The notes under the pieces were generated by a model. The model saw only the letters and a list, made by a program, of their open reading frames with translations, was not told the DNA's origin and did not search any database. Source: Blastocatellia bacterium (lineage in GTDB: Bacteria > Acidobacteriota > Blastocatellia > RBC074). Taken from it: DNA of 53,228 bases. Shown one piece after another: positions 10,188 to 22,483 of the stretch. How positions within the stretch are numbered: the stretch's first letter is position 1; the number at the start of each line of letters is the position of its first letter. Both the position numbers and the translations under genes were made by a program. The stretch covers positions 1 through 53,228 of the forward strand of contig JBMOFH010000001.1 in the NCBI GenBank assembly GCA_049318845.1, written 5' to 3'.

Positions 10188-11513
10188 TCAACGGGCAACT
10201 TTCGGGCATAAATCGAGTTTGAATCGGTCAAGCCAGAGCCTTCCCTCGATCGAGCAGAAGGGATCGGCGCAGGGAGGACGCTGGAGTCGGACGGAGAGTG
10301 ACTCGGTGCTGGCCGCGGTACGAATTCGGAGCGACTGATCGGTCCATCCAGCCAGATCCCCCGAAAATGGGGAAGTTTCAGCGTGAGCACGATCCGGACT
10401 GGCGGTATCGAAGATTTCAACCCGGGGGAGGCTGAGGCTCTTCAACTCTTCGGTGCGAATTGCAAATGTCAGGCAATATTCGCGATCAGCGATTGCCGGG
10501 ACGGTCTGTGTGGCAACTGTCACCGGCTGATTATTCTCGAGACTGAAACTGACGCGAAGAGATTGCGCCCCCTCGGCGGGCTCTTTTCGATCGACGGTAA
10601 CACGAACACCGCCACCCGATCCGATTCTCCAGGCGCGAAATGGGGTCGTCGAACCGGGCTGAATCCGTTTCTCAAACCCGCCATTGGAGAGGATTGAGCC
10701 ATCATCCGGCGGACTGTTTTCGGGTAGGCCGGCAGCATTCCAGACGCTCCACGCCACTCCGGGCTGGCCTGACTGAAGAAGACTGATTGTAAATTCGCGG
10801 GTCTCGGCCGGTGTCGGGCTCGCAATCTGGCGCCAGACCTCACGCCCGGCTGCCGTTTGATTGCGCCGGACAAGGAGCGAAGCCATCTTCGCCAGCACCT
10901 CCGGGCGTGGCGCTAGTGCGCGCGTCAGTGCAAGTACATCGCCCTGGTACGCATCCCACGCGTAATCGAAGATCAATGAAAAGGCAGCGGGGCGCAGCTC
11001 GAGGGCCTGCCGCATTTGAACGAATGCGCCTTCGCGATCACCGTTCCGAAGAAGGTGGTTTGCGAGAGCCCAGTGTGGTTCAAAGTAGGCTGGTGCAAGT
11101 TGCAATGAGCGATCGAGTGCCAGGCGTGCCGTGGCGGGATCCCCGATCCGATCGAGCACTCGCCCATAGGCCAGCCAGTTACGATAATCACGCGGGCGAA
11201 TCTCTGTTGCGACGCGGATCTCTTCCACCGCGACCTCCGCGCGCGACTGGTCGTCCTCTTCGGTCGCGACTGCCAGATAGCTTCCACCGCGCCGCAACCT
11301 TGCCAGCGGATCGAACGGAGCAGACCTGACCGCGAGGTCGACGGCCTCAAGGCGGGCCGCGGTCGAGAGCGTCGGAGTACGGTCGACGTAGGTTGCGAGA
11401 CTCTCGCTAAGGGCGGTTACCACGATCCGGTATCCGGCGGTAAACACCCCGGCCACCAGCAACGCAAGCAACAGAACGCGAACGATGATTGGCCGAACCG
11501 GAACGTTGATCAT
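10188..11513 (-). CDS. TPR-repeat protein with N-terminal membrane anchor and a C-terminal beta-rich (carbohydrate-binding-like) domain
   Basis: I prefer the start MINVPVRPIIVRVLLLALLVAGVF (ATG at 11513). The ORF stays open to 11735, but that extension crosses a repeat region. TPR-like helices are present (...RPRDYRNWLAYGRVLDRIGDPATARLALDRSLQLAPAYFEPHW...). The fold of the C-terminal 170 aa is only inferred. Confidence 0.65.
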   Translation of the reverse strand: MINVPVRPIIVRVLLLALLVAGVFTAGYRIVVTALSESLATYVDRTPTLSTAARLEAVDLAVRSAPFDPLARLRRGGSYLAVATEEDDQSRAEVAVEEIRVATEIRPRDYRNWLAYGRVLDRIGDPATARLALDRSLQLAPAYFEPHWALANHLLRNGDREGAFVQMRQALELRPAAFSLIFDYAWDAYQGDVLALTRALAPRPEVLAKMASLLVRRNQTAAGREVWRQIASPTPAETREFTISLLQSGQPGVAWSVWNAAGLPENSPPDDGSILSNGGFEKRIQPGSTTPFRAWRIGSGGGVRVTVDRKEPAEGAQSLRVSFSLENNQPVTVATQTVPAIADREYCLTFAIRTEELKSLSLPRVEIFDTASPDRAHAETSPFSGDLAGWTDQSLRIRTAASTESLSVRLQRPPCADPFCSIEGRLWLDRFKLDLCPKVAR

Positions 11514-11514
11514 A

Positions 11515-11566
11515 CGATTTTGACTCACTTCAGGCGACTTTGACTCACATCGATTTTGACTCACTT
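11515..11566 (-). promoter_or_regulatory. Three phased 16-mers CGAYTTTGACTCACWT (TGACTCA core) abutting the TPR gene start
   Basis: Copies at 11515-11530 and 11551-11566 are identical. A variant CGACTTTGACTCACAT lies at 11535-11550. Confidence 0.5.
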
Positions 11567-11910
11567 GGGGCGTTTCCGGAAAATTGCGCCGGTTAGCCAG
11601 TTGATCCATAAATCGTGTCAAGTCCACTAACGTACTCAATTCCCGATCGATCGACAAGTGGCAGTGGAGGATCTGCCGGCCGAGAATGAAAATTGCATAG
11701 ATTGACAGCCGTTCGGTGCATCGGCGATACTGCAATATGCTTATTAAATAGTGTTATAGTAAACTTTAGCCTCTTCACCGCGCTCCGTGTGACCGTGAAA
11801 TGGCTGGCAGGTGCGTCAGGCCTGGATTATATTCCAATTTGAATATTGGGCCTGAGTATTGAGTGGGCAGGGGCAAGGGATCATCATCAGGAATTATGAG
11901 GAGTCAGAGA

Positions 11911-13101
11911 ATGAGCCACAACAAATCGGGCCGGATCGAGTCGGTATTGGCGCTCAGACGGATCTTCATTCCGGGGCTGCTGTTCGTAATTCTCCATCTC
12001 GGTTTGATCTCAGCAGCGGGGCAGGCAACTCCGGATAGGACCGGGACAACGGCAGGAGCGGAGGGTGCAGCCATTGCCGGGGTGAATGGAATCGGGAAGG
12101 TCGCGGATAGCGACAGCTACCGGATCGGGCCGGGTGACCTGCTGGATGTGCGCGTCTATGGCCGGGCCGAGCTGACACGAGAAGTCCGTGTCACCAATCA
12201 GGGGCTGATCCGCCTCCCCTTTCTGGAAGAGATCCGGGTTGCCTGTCAGACGGAGTCACAACTGGCACAACTGATTGCTGAGCGGTACCACAAGTACCTT
12301 CGTGATCCGCAGGTTGACGTCTTCGTCAAGGAGTACAAGAGCCAGCCGGTTTCGGTGATCGGTTCGGTCATGCAACCGGGGCGGTTTCAGTTGCAGCGGC
12401 GGGTACGCCTGCTTGAACTGTTGACATTTGCCGGCGGGCCGGGCGCGAATGCCGGTGGGGTGGTTCACGTCATTCGCGGCAGTGCCCCGGATTTCTGTGA
12501 GACGGTGGAATCGAAAGATGGCACGGTCGAAGAGATCAGCGGGATCAGGGTGGTCGCACCGACGGTTGTTTCGAACGGCCAGCCTGGCAGCACTCGATCG
12601 AGCGAGCTCGACCAGACGATGGCCTCGAGTCAGGCGACAATTCCGGTCTCGCTCGATCACGGCGACGCGCAGTTGGTCGCCTATCGGTTGCGTGACGTAC
12701 TGGTCGGGACGCCGGATTCGAACCCGTTCGTCAAACCAGGCGACATCATCAGCATTCCAGAGACAGACCAGATCTTCGTCACCGGGGCAGTGGTCAAACC
12801 GGGCGCGATTCCAATGCGAAGCCGTTTGACGCTGATCCAGGCTCTTGGCATCGCCGGTGGCTTCGCTCCTGATGCCGCACGCAACCGTGTCCGAATCGTT
12901 CGCCAGGATCCGGGAACAAAGATCCATCAGGAGATGGTCTACAACATCGAAGATATCCAGCGCAAAAAAGCAGAAGATATCGTCCTGCTTCCGAATGATG
13001 TCATCTATGCCCCATCATCGATTCCAAAGAGCATGGGGCGCGGCATCCTTGGAGTGAGCATCAACATGCTCAGCACCATTCCGTTTCTGATTATGCGGTA
13101 A
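11911..13101 (+). CDS. wza: Polysaccharide export outer-membrane protein (Wza/GumB family; Poly_export + SLBB domains)
   Basis: YRIGPGDLLDVRVYGRAELTREVRVTNQGLIRLPFLEEIRVACQTESQLAQLIAERYHKYLRDPQVDVFV. SLBB-like IFVTGAVVKPGAIPM. An AGGAG lies 8 nt before the ATG at 11911. Alternative starts: 11863 (GTG) and 11896. Confidence 0.9.
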   Translation: MSHNKSGRIESVLALRRIFIPGLLFVILHLGLISAAGQATPDRTGTTAGAEGAAIAGVNGIGKVADSDSYRIGPGDLLDVRVYGRAELTREVRVTNQGLIRLPFLEEIRVACQTESQLAQLIAERYHKYLRDPQVDVFVKEYKSQPVSVIGSVMQPGRFQLQRRVRLLELLTFAGGPGANAGGVVHVIRGSAPDFCETVESKDGTVEEISGIRVVAPTVVSNGQPGSTRSSELDQTMASSQATIPVSLDHGDAQLVAYRLRDVLVGTPDSNPFVKPGDIISIPETDQIFVTGAVVKPGAIPMRSRLTLIQALGIAGGFAPDAARNRVRIVRQDPGTKIHQEMVYNIEDIQRKKAEDIVLLPNDVIYAPSSIPKSMGRGILGVSINMLSTIPFLIMR

Positions 13102-13152
13102 GGGCGGAAGGAACCGGGATCGACATATCGACTGGGCAGGCAGGTTGAGAGC

Positions 13153-15486
13153 ATGCAGGAAGAGAATAAAGCAAAAATGGTCACGATTGAAGAAGCGACG
13201 GCGGCGCTCGATGAGCGACGCGAGTCGGCGCCATACGGCTATGGACGCGGGCAGGCGTCGGGAGTCGAACAGGTACACCTCCGTGACTACTGGCGAATCA
13301 TTCGGCGGCGGCTCTGGATTCCGATCAGTGTAATCCTGCTGGTCGTGACATTGACAACGATCTATAACCTGCGCCTGCCATCAATCTTTGAGGGAGTAAC
13401 GAAGATCGAGATCGGCCGTGAGGATCGCGCCGTCAACATCAAGGATGTCCAGATCAGCATGGGCGGCGGCGATGACACACAGTATCTGAACACGCAACTG
13501 AAGATACTGCAGAGTCCGAAGATCGCCTATCTGGTCGCACGTCGGCTCGACCTGGAGCATAATGGCGAGTTTGCACCGGGCCTCTCTCGCCCACTCGACC
13601 TGAAATCGGAGTCGGCGGAGTCGGCGGCTGAATCACTTGAAGTGACGGAGGGTGAGAGCGACGAGCAGTCGGACCTGCAGCGGCTGGAGTCGTTCACGGC
13701 AATCCTGCTTGGCAATGTCGAGATCAGGCCGGTGCGGGACACGCGGCTGATCGAGATCCACTACCGCCACCGGGTTCCGGAGCTGGCGAGAAAGATCGCC
13801 GACAACTGGGCAGAAGCGTACAAGGACAACAACTTCAACGACATCTACAACACGAACAAGGATTCGGGAAAGTTTCTGACAAAAACGATCAACGACTATA
13901 AAATCAAGGTTCAGCAATCGGAGGAGCGGCTGCTCAATTTCCGGCGGGCGAAAGAGGTGATCGATTTTGGTGAACGTGAGAACACGGTCATCGCGCGACT
14001 TGGGGCGCTCAATCAGTCGCTGCTTCAGGCGGAGAACGAGCGAAAGAACGCGCAATTGACCTTTGAGTTGAGTCGTGGGGTAGCCGATGTGACGACGCTG
14101 CCGGACATTCAGCGCGATCCGCTCATCCAGGATCTGAACAAAAAGATCACCGATCTGCGGACAGTCCGGGAGCAGTTACTGGTTGAGTTTACGCCGGAGT
14201 GGCCGGAGGTGAAAAAGATCACGCAACAGTTGTCGCAGCTTGAGGGTGAGCTGCGCGTGGCGCACCAGCGGGTTCTGAGTACGCTCGACAACCAGTACAA
14301 GGCGGCGGCACAGCGTGAAGAGTCGCTGCGCAAGGCCTTCACTCAGCAGCGAATCGAGACGCTGCAGCAGAGCGAGGGTGCGATTCAGTCGAAGATGCTG
14401 CAGCAGGAGATCGACACGAATCGGCAGATGCTTGACCGGCTGCTGCAAAGTCAGCAGGGAGTCGAGCTCTCGACTGCAGGGTTGCTCAAGAACAGCATCC
14501 GGATCGTCGAATTTTCACCGCGGCCGCGGAACGCTGTCGCCCCGAAGCGGGGCCAGAATATCCTGCTGAGTGCGCTGCTGGCACTGCTCGGGGGTGTCGG
14601 GCTGGTACTCTTCCTTGACTACATCAACAACAAGATCCAGTCGGTCGAGGATATCGACCGCTACCTGCGGCTTCCAGCGCTCGGCGTCATTCCGATGCTC
14701 GAGACAGGAACCAGGGGGCGCCGTCTGCTCGGGACAGTTCAGGCTGGTCAGGGAAAAGATCTGGCACCGACTTCGGCGGCAAACAGCCTGATCCTGACAC
14801 AAGTCGAGGCCAACTCATCGATGGCTGAGAGTTACCGGCAGCTCCGGACGGCGCTGCTGCTCTCCTCGGCGGGGCATGCGCCACGAACGATACTGTTTAC
14901 GAGCAGCCAGCCAGCGGAAGGAAAGACGACGACCGCGGTCAACACCGCGATCTCACTTGCCCAGACTGGGGCCGCGGTGCTGATCATCGATGCCGACCTG
15001 CGGCGCCCGCGGATCCACAAGGTCTTCTCGCTCAAGAACAATTCGGGGCTGAGCAGTTTCCTTGCCGGTGAGGGTGAACTGGCATCCCAGATCCAGGTTG
15101 CGATGCCGAATCTCTTCGTTCTGCCAGTGGGTCCGCTCCCGCCCAATCCAGCCGAGCTGCTCGGCTCAGTGCGAATGAAGCAGGTCATCGAAACGCTGGC
15201 CGCCAACTTTGACCATATCATCATCGATTCGCCGCCGGTCGCCTCCTTTGCCGACAGCCTGATCCTGTCGTCTCTCGTCGACGGTGTAATCATCGTTGTC
15301 AAGGGAGGCGTCACGCCACGCGAGATGGCCCAGCGAACGAAGGCCCATCTTCAGAGCGTCGGCGCCAGAATCCTTGGCGCGGTAATCAACCAGATCAAGC
15401 TTCAGCCACACGACTACTACTATTACTCGACCTACTATAGCCGCTACTACTACGGCGGTGACAAGGAAGAGAAAGAGAGCATCTGA
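13153..15486 (+). CDS. wzc: Polysaccharide co-polymerase / tyrosine autokinase (Wzc/GumC-type PCP-2a)
   Basis: N-terminal Wzz-like domain with a long coiled coil and a second TM. Walker A SSQPAEGKTTTAVNTA, then IIDADLRRPR. C-terminal tyrosine cluster HDYYYYSTYYSRYYYGG. Confidence 0.92.
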   Translation: MQEENKAKMVTIEEATAALDERRESAPYGYGRGQASGVEQVHLRDYWRIIRRRLWIPISVILLVVTLTTIYNLRLPSIFEGVTKIEIGREDRAVNIKDVQISMGGGDDTQYLNTQLKILQSPKIAYLVARRLDLEHNGEFAPGLSRPLDLKSESAESAAESLEVTEGESDEQSDLQRLESFTAILLGNVEIRPVRDTRLIEIHYRHRVPELARKIADNWAEAYKDNNFNDIYNTNKDSGKFLTKTINDYKIKVQQSEERLLNFRRAKEVIDFGERENTVIARLGALNQSLLQAENERKNAQLTFELSRGVADVTTLPDIQRDPLIQDLNKKITDLRTVREQLLVEFTPEWPEVKKITQQLSQLEGELRVAHQRVLSTLDNQYKAAAQREESLRKAFTQQRIETLQQSEGAIQSKMLQQEIDTNRQMLDRLLQSQQGVELSTAGLLKNSIRIVEFSPRPRNAVAPKRGQNILLSALLALLGGVGLVLFLDYINNKIQSVEDIDRYLRLPALGVIPMLETGTRGRRLLGTVQAGQGKDLAPTSAANSLILTQVEANSSMAESYRQLRTALLLSSAGHAPRTILFTSSQPAEGKTTTAVNTAISLAQTGAAVLIIDADLRRPRIHKVFSLKNNSGLSSFLAGEGELASQIQVAMPNLFVLPVGPLPPNPAELLGSVRMKQVIETLAANFDHIIIDSPPVASFADSLILSSLVDGVIIVVKGGVTPREMAQRTKAHLQSVGARILGAVINQIKLQPHDYYYYSTYYSRYYYGGDKEEKESI

Positions 15487-15614
15487 GCCGGGAAGCGTCC
15501 AGAACGGCTCGTCACAACTGTTTTGCAAACCGGGAGAGGCCTCGGCATGGGGCTTCCTCGAAGGTGGATGGAGTATCAGGGGGAGGTGTCTCTGATTTCC
15601 GGAATAGATATTTT

Positions 15615-17572
15615 ATGTGCGGTATTTTTGGAATAGTGACGAGAAGCGGGCGCGAGGAGGTCGAGGGAATACTTGACCGTGCGGTTGGCGCGCTGGCGCA
15701 CCGCGGTCCGGACGATGCGGGGCGGCAGATTTTCCGTGACGAGCGATCAGGAATGACGGTCGGGCTTGGCCACCGCCGGCTCTCGATCGTCGATCTCTCT
15801 GCAGCCGGCCATCAGCCGATGGTCGATCAATCGACGGGAAACAGTATCGTCTACAACGGTGAAGTCTTCAATTTTCGACAGCTGCGGCAGGAGATGGAGA
15901 CGGCCGGGCATCGTTTCGAATCGGAGACCGACACCGAGGTCATTCTGAAGAGTTTTGGCGCACAGGGGATCGAGGCGATCACTCCGTGGCGCGGGATGTT
16001 TGCTTTTGGAATCTGGGAGCAGGGGGTGGGGCGGTTGAGCCTGGTCCGGGATCGGCTGGGAATCAAGCCGCTCTATTATTTTGAGGGAGCCGATTTCTTC
16101 ATCTTCGGATCGGAGATCAGGGCGTTGCTCGCGAGCGGATTGGTGCCGCGACGACTGTCGCGTGTCGGGGTGGAGAGTTTTCTGAGCTATGGTTCGGTCG
16201 AGGATCCGCTGACGATCATCGAAGGGATCTATGCGGTACTGCCGGGCCACCGACTGGAGTATCGCGATGGCCGGGTTGAATCGAGGCCATACTGGGAGAT
16301 CCGTGTCGATGAGCGAGCAAAAGAGGACCTACCCAAAGAGGAATTAGTACCCAAAGAGGAATTAGTAAATGAGATCGCCAGTCTGACGCGGGAAGCGGTC
16401 AGGCTGCGAACGGTCGCCGACGTCCCGATCAGCCTTTTTCTTAGTGGAGGAATTGATTCAAGTGCGATTCTCTCGTTGTTGCGGCAGGAGGGGAGCAGTG
16501 ACATCCGTACCTTTTCGGTCAACTTTCGTGAAGCGGAATACAACGAGCAGGCGTACGCAGAGCTTGCCGCGCGGCGGTACGGGACGGTGCATACCTCTGT
16601 CATGCTGACTGAAGTCGAGGTGATGGCAAAGATTCCGGCGGCGTTGAGGTCGCTCGATCAGCCGTCGATTGATGGAATCAACACCTGGGTAGTTTCGGAG
16701 GCGACAGCGGCGGCGGGTTTGAAGGTGGCATTATCGGGGCTTGGCGGAGATGAGGGATTTCTCGGTTACCGATACTTCCGAACGATTGCACGTGACGAAA
16801 AACTGCGAAAAATGGTTAGCCAGGTCCCGGAAGGGCTGCGTGCGGTGGCGAGTGCAGCGATTCGTGCGACTTCGACCGGTGCGTCGGCGACCAAGCTGAG
16901 CGAGCTGCTGCGAAGCGGATCGATCGATCTGCCCACCGTCAAGCTGCGGCGGAAACTCTTCACCGACCGCCAGCGCAAGGAGCTGATCAGGAGTTCCCCT
17001 GATCCGGTACGGAGTCCAGAAGACGAGCGGGCGCGGCAATGCCACGCGGCTTGGACAGCGCGGCAGATGGAGAATTGCCGGAATGGCGATTCAATCAACC
17101 AGGCGTCAGCACTCGAGCTGGGAGGATATCTTCCGAACACCCTGTTGCGGGACACTGATGTCATGAGCATGGCGCACGGACTTGAAGTTCGAGTGCCACT
17201 GCTGGACCATCTTTTGATCGAGCGACTGCTGCGAATCGATGGACGGGTCAAGCTTGGGTACGGTCTCCGGGAGGTGCAAAAATGGCTACTGGTAAGGGCG
17301 GCCGGTGATCTGCCGGCAGAGATTGTCGAGCGGCGGAAACGGGGCTTCGAGATTCCATTTGCCCTCTGGTTCAGGGGAGCCCTGCGGTCGCGGATCGAAG
17401 AGTCTTTGCGCGCGCCGGGACTGGAGCGGGTGCTCAACCGTGAAGCCATTCAGCGTGTCTGGAGTGACTTCCTGGCCGGGCGGACAACCTGGTCGCGCGT
17501 CTGGGCACTTTTTGTACTCTCGAACTGGATCGAGACGCATCTGGATGAGCGCGATTACCACGGGGAGACGAC

Positions 17573-17576
<4 letters not shown>
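15615..17576 (+). CDS. Asparagine synthase (glutamine-hydrolysing)-like amidotransferase, paralog 1
   Basis: Start chosen at MCGIFGIV, where Cys2 is the Ntn nucleophile. Synthetase PP-loop SLFLSGGIDSS. The ORF in the track begins 51 nt upstream at 15564. Confidence 0.9.
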
Positions 17577-18430
<854 letters not shown>

Positions 18431-18481
18431 GCCGTCCGTAACGTCGGGGGGGGAGGGCGGCAGGGACAGAGACCGATATCG

Positions 18482-19735
<1,254 letters not shown>

Positions 19736-19738
19736 GGT

Positions 19739-20620
19739 ATGACGATGACCTTTCCATCAGCGATTGAACTTGAACAGATGGCGCAAGGCAATCGGGGCTG
19801 GCCGTGGGAGGTGATGGAGACGCAGATACTCGATGAGCCGGCGGGCGGCTGGCCACGGATCAGCGTCATCACTCCGTCATTCAACCAGGGACAGTTTCTG
19901 GAGATGACGATCCGGTCTGTGCTCTGCCAGGGCTATCCGAACCTTGAATATATGGTGATCGATGGTGGCAGCACTGATGAGAGTCTGACGATCATCGAGA
20001 AGTATGCATCGAGGCTGAGCTGGTGTGTGAGCGAGCGTGATCGCGGGCAGAGCCATGCGATCAACAAGGGGCTGGCGCGTGCATCCGGCGATATTCTCTG
20101 CTGGCTCAACAGCGATGACTACTACCTGCCGGGCACGCTGGCATTGGTCGGACGGACACTGGCGGCAGAGAGTGCCCACCGGGCACTGGTCGGTCACGTT
20201 CTCAAGGTTTACACGGATGGCCGCGAAGCGGTGACACTGCACGGAAGCTATGAGGGACGAAGGCGACTGCTCGAAATCTGGAAACCTTACCAGATGCACC
20301 AGGCGGCAATATTCTGGCGCCGTGAACTGACTGAACAGATCGGGCTGCTGCGGGAAGATCTGCACCTGATCATGGATTTCGACTACTGGGCACGCATATC
20401 GTGGCAGGCCGATTTCGTCAATGTCGATCGGATTCTGGCCGGATGCCATTACCACGCAGCGGCGAAGACTGGTGACGACTACGCCGAGTATCACGCGGCA
20501 CTGCGGCGAAGGGTTTGGCGGTACTGGGATTTCCCGGGCAGTTTCGGATTGCGGGGTCTGGCGGTATCGACATTGCGCCACGTCTGGGGGCAAAGATTGC
20601 GGGAATGGTGGAGAGGATGA
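19739..20620 (+). CDS. Glycosyltransferase family 2
   Basis: ISVITPSFNQGQFLEMTIRSVLCQGYPNLEYMVIDGGSTDES ... NKGLARASGDILCWLNSDD. Confidence 0.88.
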   Translation: MTMTFPSAIELEQMAQGNRGWPWEVMETQILDEPAGGWPRISVITPSFNQGQFLEMTIRSVLCQGYPNLEYMVIDGGSTDESLTIIEKYASRLSWCVSERDRGQSHAINKGLARASGDILCWLNSDDYYLPGTLALVGRTLAAESAHRALVGHVLKVYTDGREAVTLHGSYEGRRRLLEIWKPYQMHQAAIFWRRELTEQIGLLREDLHLIMDFDYWARISWQADFVNVDRILAGCHYHAAAKTGDDYAEYHAALRRRVWRYWDFPGSFGLRGLAVSTLRHVWGQRLREWWRG

Positions 20621-21588
20621 GTGGAAACGGGCTGCCGGGGTCACCGAGCGTCTCGGTGATCATTCCAGTCTATAATGGCGCGGAGACGATCCGCGGGACG
20701 ATCGAGTGCCTGCTTGCACAATCACGACCAGCAACCGAGATCATCGTCGTCGATGATGGATCGAATGACCGGACGGTCCGGATTCTGGAAGAGTTCGGAG
20801 ACCGAATCAGGATCATCAAAAAAGCGAATGGCGGGCCGGCCTCGGCCCGTAATGTCGGGATCCGCGAAGCGGAGGGTGAATTTATCGCCTTCACCGACAG
20901 CGACTGTTTTCCAGCGACGGACTGGCTCGAAAAGCTGCTCGCTGGTTTCGGCGGGGTAATGTCAGCGGAGCTGGAGAAGCAGTCCGCGAACCGCTCGAAA
21001 TCGGTCGAGGTGGGGGGGACTGGTGGAATAGTTCGCAGTGCCGATCGGAACCTGACGGGTGAATATATCGATCTGATCCGGCTGCTCGATCCGGAGCCGG
21101 ATGAACGCGGAGAGATCCCCTACCTGATCACAGCCAACGCCTGTTTCCGCAAACGGGCGTTGTTTGAAGCGGGTCTCTTCGATGAGGGGTTTCGGAAACC
21201 AGGTGGGGAAGAGGCGGAACTCTGCTACCGGATGCGGCGGGCAGGTTACGACTTTCGACTTGCGCCGACGGCGCTGGTGCGCCACAAGCATCGACAGAGC
21301 CTGCGGAGCCTGCTGCGAACTCTTGCCAATTACGGCGAGGGTGCAGCGCGAATCGCGCAGCTCTGGCCAGAGCGAAGAATCGAGGGGGTCGACCGGCTGC
21401 TGGTGAGAAGACTGCTTGGCTTCCGGGCGTGGGCAGGCCGGTTCCGCCTTCACCGACGGGAGCACGAGGTGCTGAAATCGCTCTATTTTTCGTTTCTCGA
21501 CTATCTGCGACAGCCGGCCTTTCTGTGGGGATACCGGCGGGAAGAGAGAGATGCAGGCTCGAATCAGCGTCATAATTCCCTGCCATAA
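20617..21588 (+). CDS. Glycosyltransferase family 2
   Basis: VSVIIPVYNGAETI...IIVVDDGSNDRT...ARNVGIREAEGEFIAFTDSDC. The ATG at 20617 overlaps the upstream stop (ATGA) and follows GGAGAGG. The track ORF starts at 20515. Confidence 0.85.
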   Translation: MSGNGLPGSPSVSVIIPVYNGAETIRGTIECLLAQSRPATEIIVVDDGSNDRTVRILEEFGDRIRIIKKANGGPASARNVGIREAEGEFIAFTDSDCFPATDWLEKLLAGFGGVMSAELEKQSANRSKSVEVGGTGGIVRSADRNLTGEYIDLIRLLDPEPDERGEIPYLITANACFRKRALFEAGLFDEGFRKPGGEEAELCYRMRRAGYDFRLAPTALVRHKHRQSLRSLLRTLANYGEGAARIAQLWPERRIEGVDRLLVRRLLGFRAWAGRFRLHRREHEVLKSLYFSFLDYLRQPAFLWGYRREERDAGSNQRHNSLP

Positions 21589-22450
21589 CGCGGCAGAGTT
21601 CATTTCTGCAACGATCGAGAGTGTCCTTAGCCAGACGCTCCCGGCGGCTGAGATCCTGGTGGTCGACGATGGGTCAACCGATCGATCGCTCGAGGCGCTG
21701 TCGCACTTTGGGAACCGGATACGAGTAATCTCAAAGGTGAATGGCGGCCCGGCCTCCGCGCGAAATCTTGGTATCAGCGCCGCGCGTGGCGACTTCATCG
21801 CGCTGCTCGACAGTGACGATCTGTGGGTGGAAGAGAAGCTTGCCCGGCAGATGGCAGTGATGGAGGCCCATCCGGAGACGGCGCTGCTGTTCAGCGAGGC
21901 GTGGATGTTTCGGGAGGAAGGCGGTAAAAGGATCCCGCTGCAGCGCATTGGGTACACGGGTGATCCGAGCCTCCGCCAGCTTCTTTTTGGCGACTTCATC
22001 CCGAACTCAACCGTCCTGCTGCGCCGGGAATGTGTCGAATCGATCGGCCCGCTCAACGAGAAGCGCGAGCTGATCGGAGTCGAGGATTACGAATACTGGA
22101 TGAGGATCGCACGACGATACAGGATGCGTGGCATTGCGGAACCTCTCGCCTGGTACCGTATCCGTGAGGGAAACCTGATGGGTGCCGGTGAGGATATCGA
22201 CAAGGGATTGCGGCTGGCACTTGCGGCGCTCGGTGAGATCGAGCGGCTCGAGCCTGAAATCTGGGAAGATTGCGGAGTCGATCGGGGTCGGCTCCACGCC
22301 CGGCTCCACCTGCGTGCAGGCTTTGCGTGGCGGCGGCGTGGTGAGTGGCGGCGCTGGCTGGAGCAGAATCTGGCGGCCCTCGGATGCTGCGCGCACCCAC
22401 GCGTCTGGCGTTGGATGATCGCGGCAGCACTGCTGCGAAGATGGTCCTGA
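21551..22450 (+). CDS. Glycosyltransferase family 2
   Basis: ISVIIPCHNAAEFISATIESVLSQTLPAAEILVVDDGSTDRS...ARNLGISAARGDFIALLDSDD. Confidence 0.88.
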   Translation: MQARISVIIPCHNAAEFISATIESVLSQTLPAAEILVVDDGSTDRSLEALSHFGNRIRVISKVNGGPASARNLGISAARGDFIALLDSDDLWVEEKLARQMAVMEAHPETALLFSEAWMFREEGGKRIPLQRIGYTGDPSLRQLLFGDFIPNSTVLLRRECVESIGPLNEKRELIGVEDYEYWMRIARRYRMRGIAEPLAWYRIREGNLMGAGEDIDKGLRLALAALGEIERLEPEIWEDCGVDRGRLHARLHLRAGFAWRRRGEWRRWLEQNLAALGCCAHPRVWRWMIAAALLRRWS

Positions 22451-22483
22451 TTATTTTGCAATATCGGGCCCGCGGCGTCGGAA

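Noticed and set aside
11609-11735. Longer N-terminal extension of the TPR protein (starts at 11735 or 11609)
   Set aside because: The extension is AT-rich, crosses the 16-mer repeats and precedes an obvious signal-anchor that begins right after the ATG at 11513. It is kept as an alternative only.
20962-22056. 364-aa minus-strand ORF (also 23240..24367 at 375 aa, 25371..26168, 28273..29139 and 19019..19717)
   Set aside because: All are antisense to glycosyltransferase genes with clear GT2/GT4 signatures. They have Arg/Ser/Pro-rich composition and no recognisable domains.
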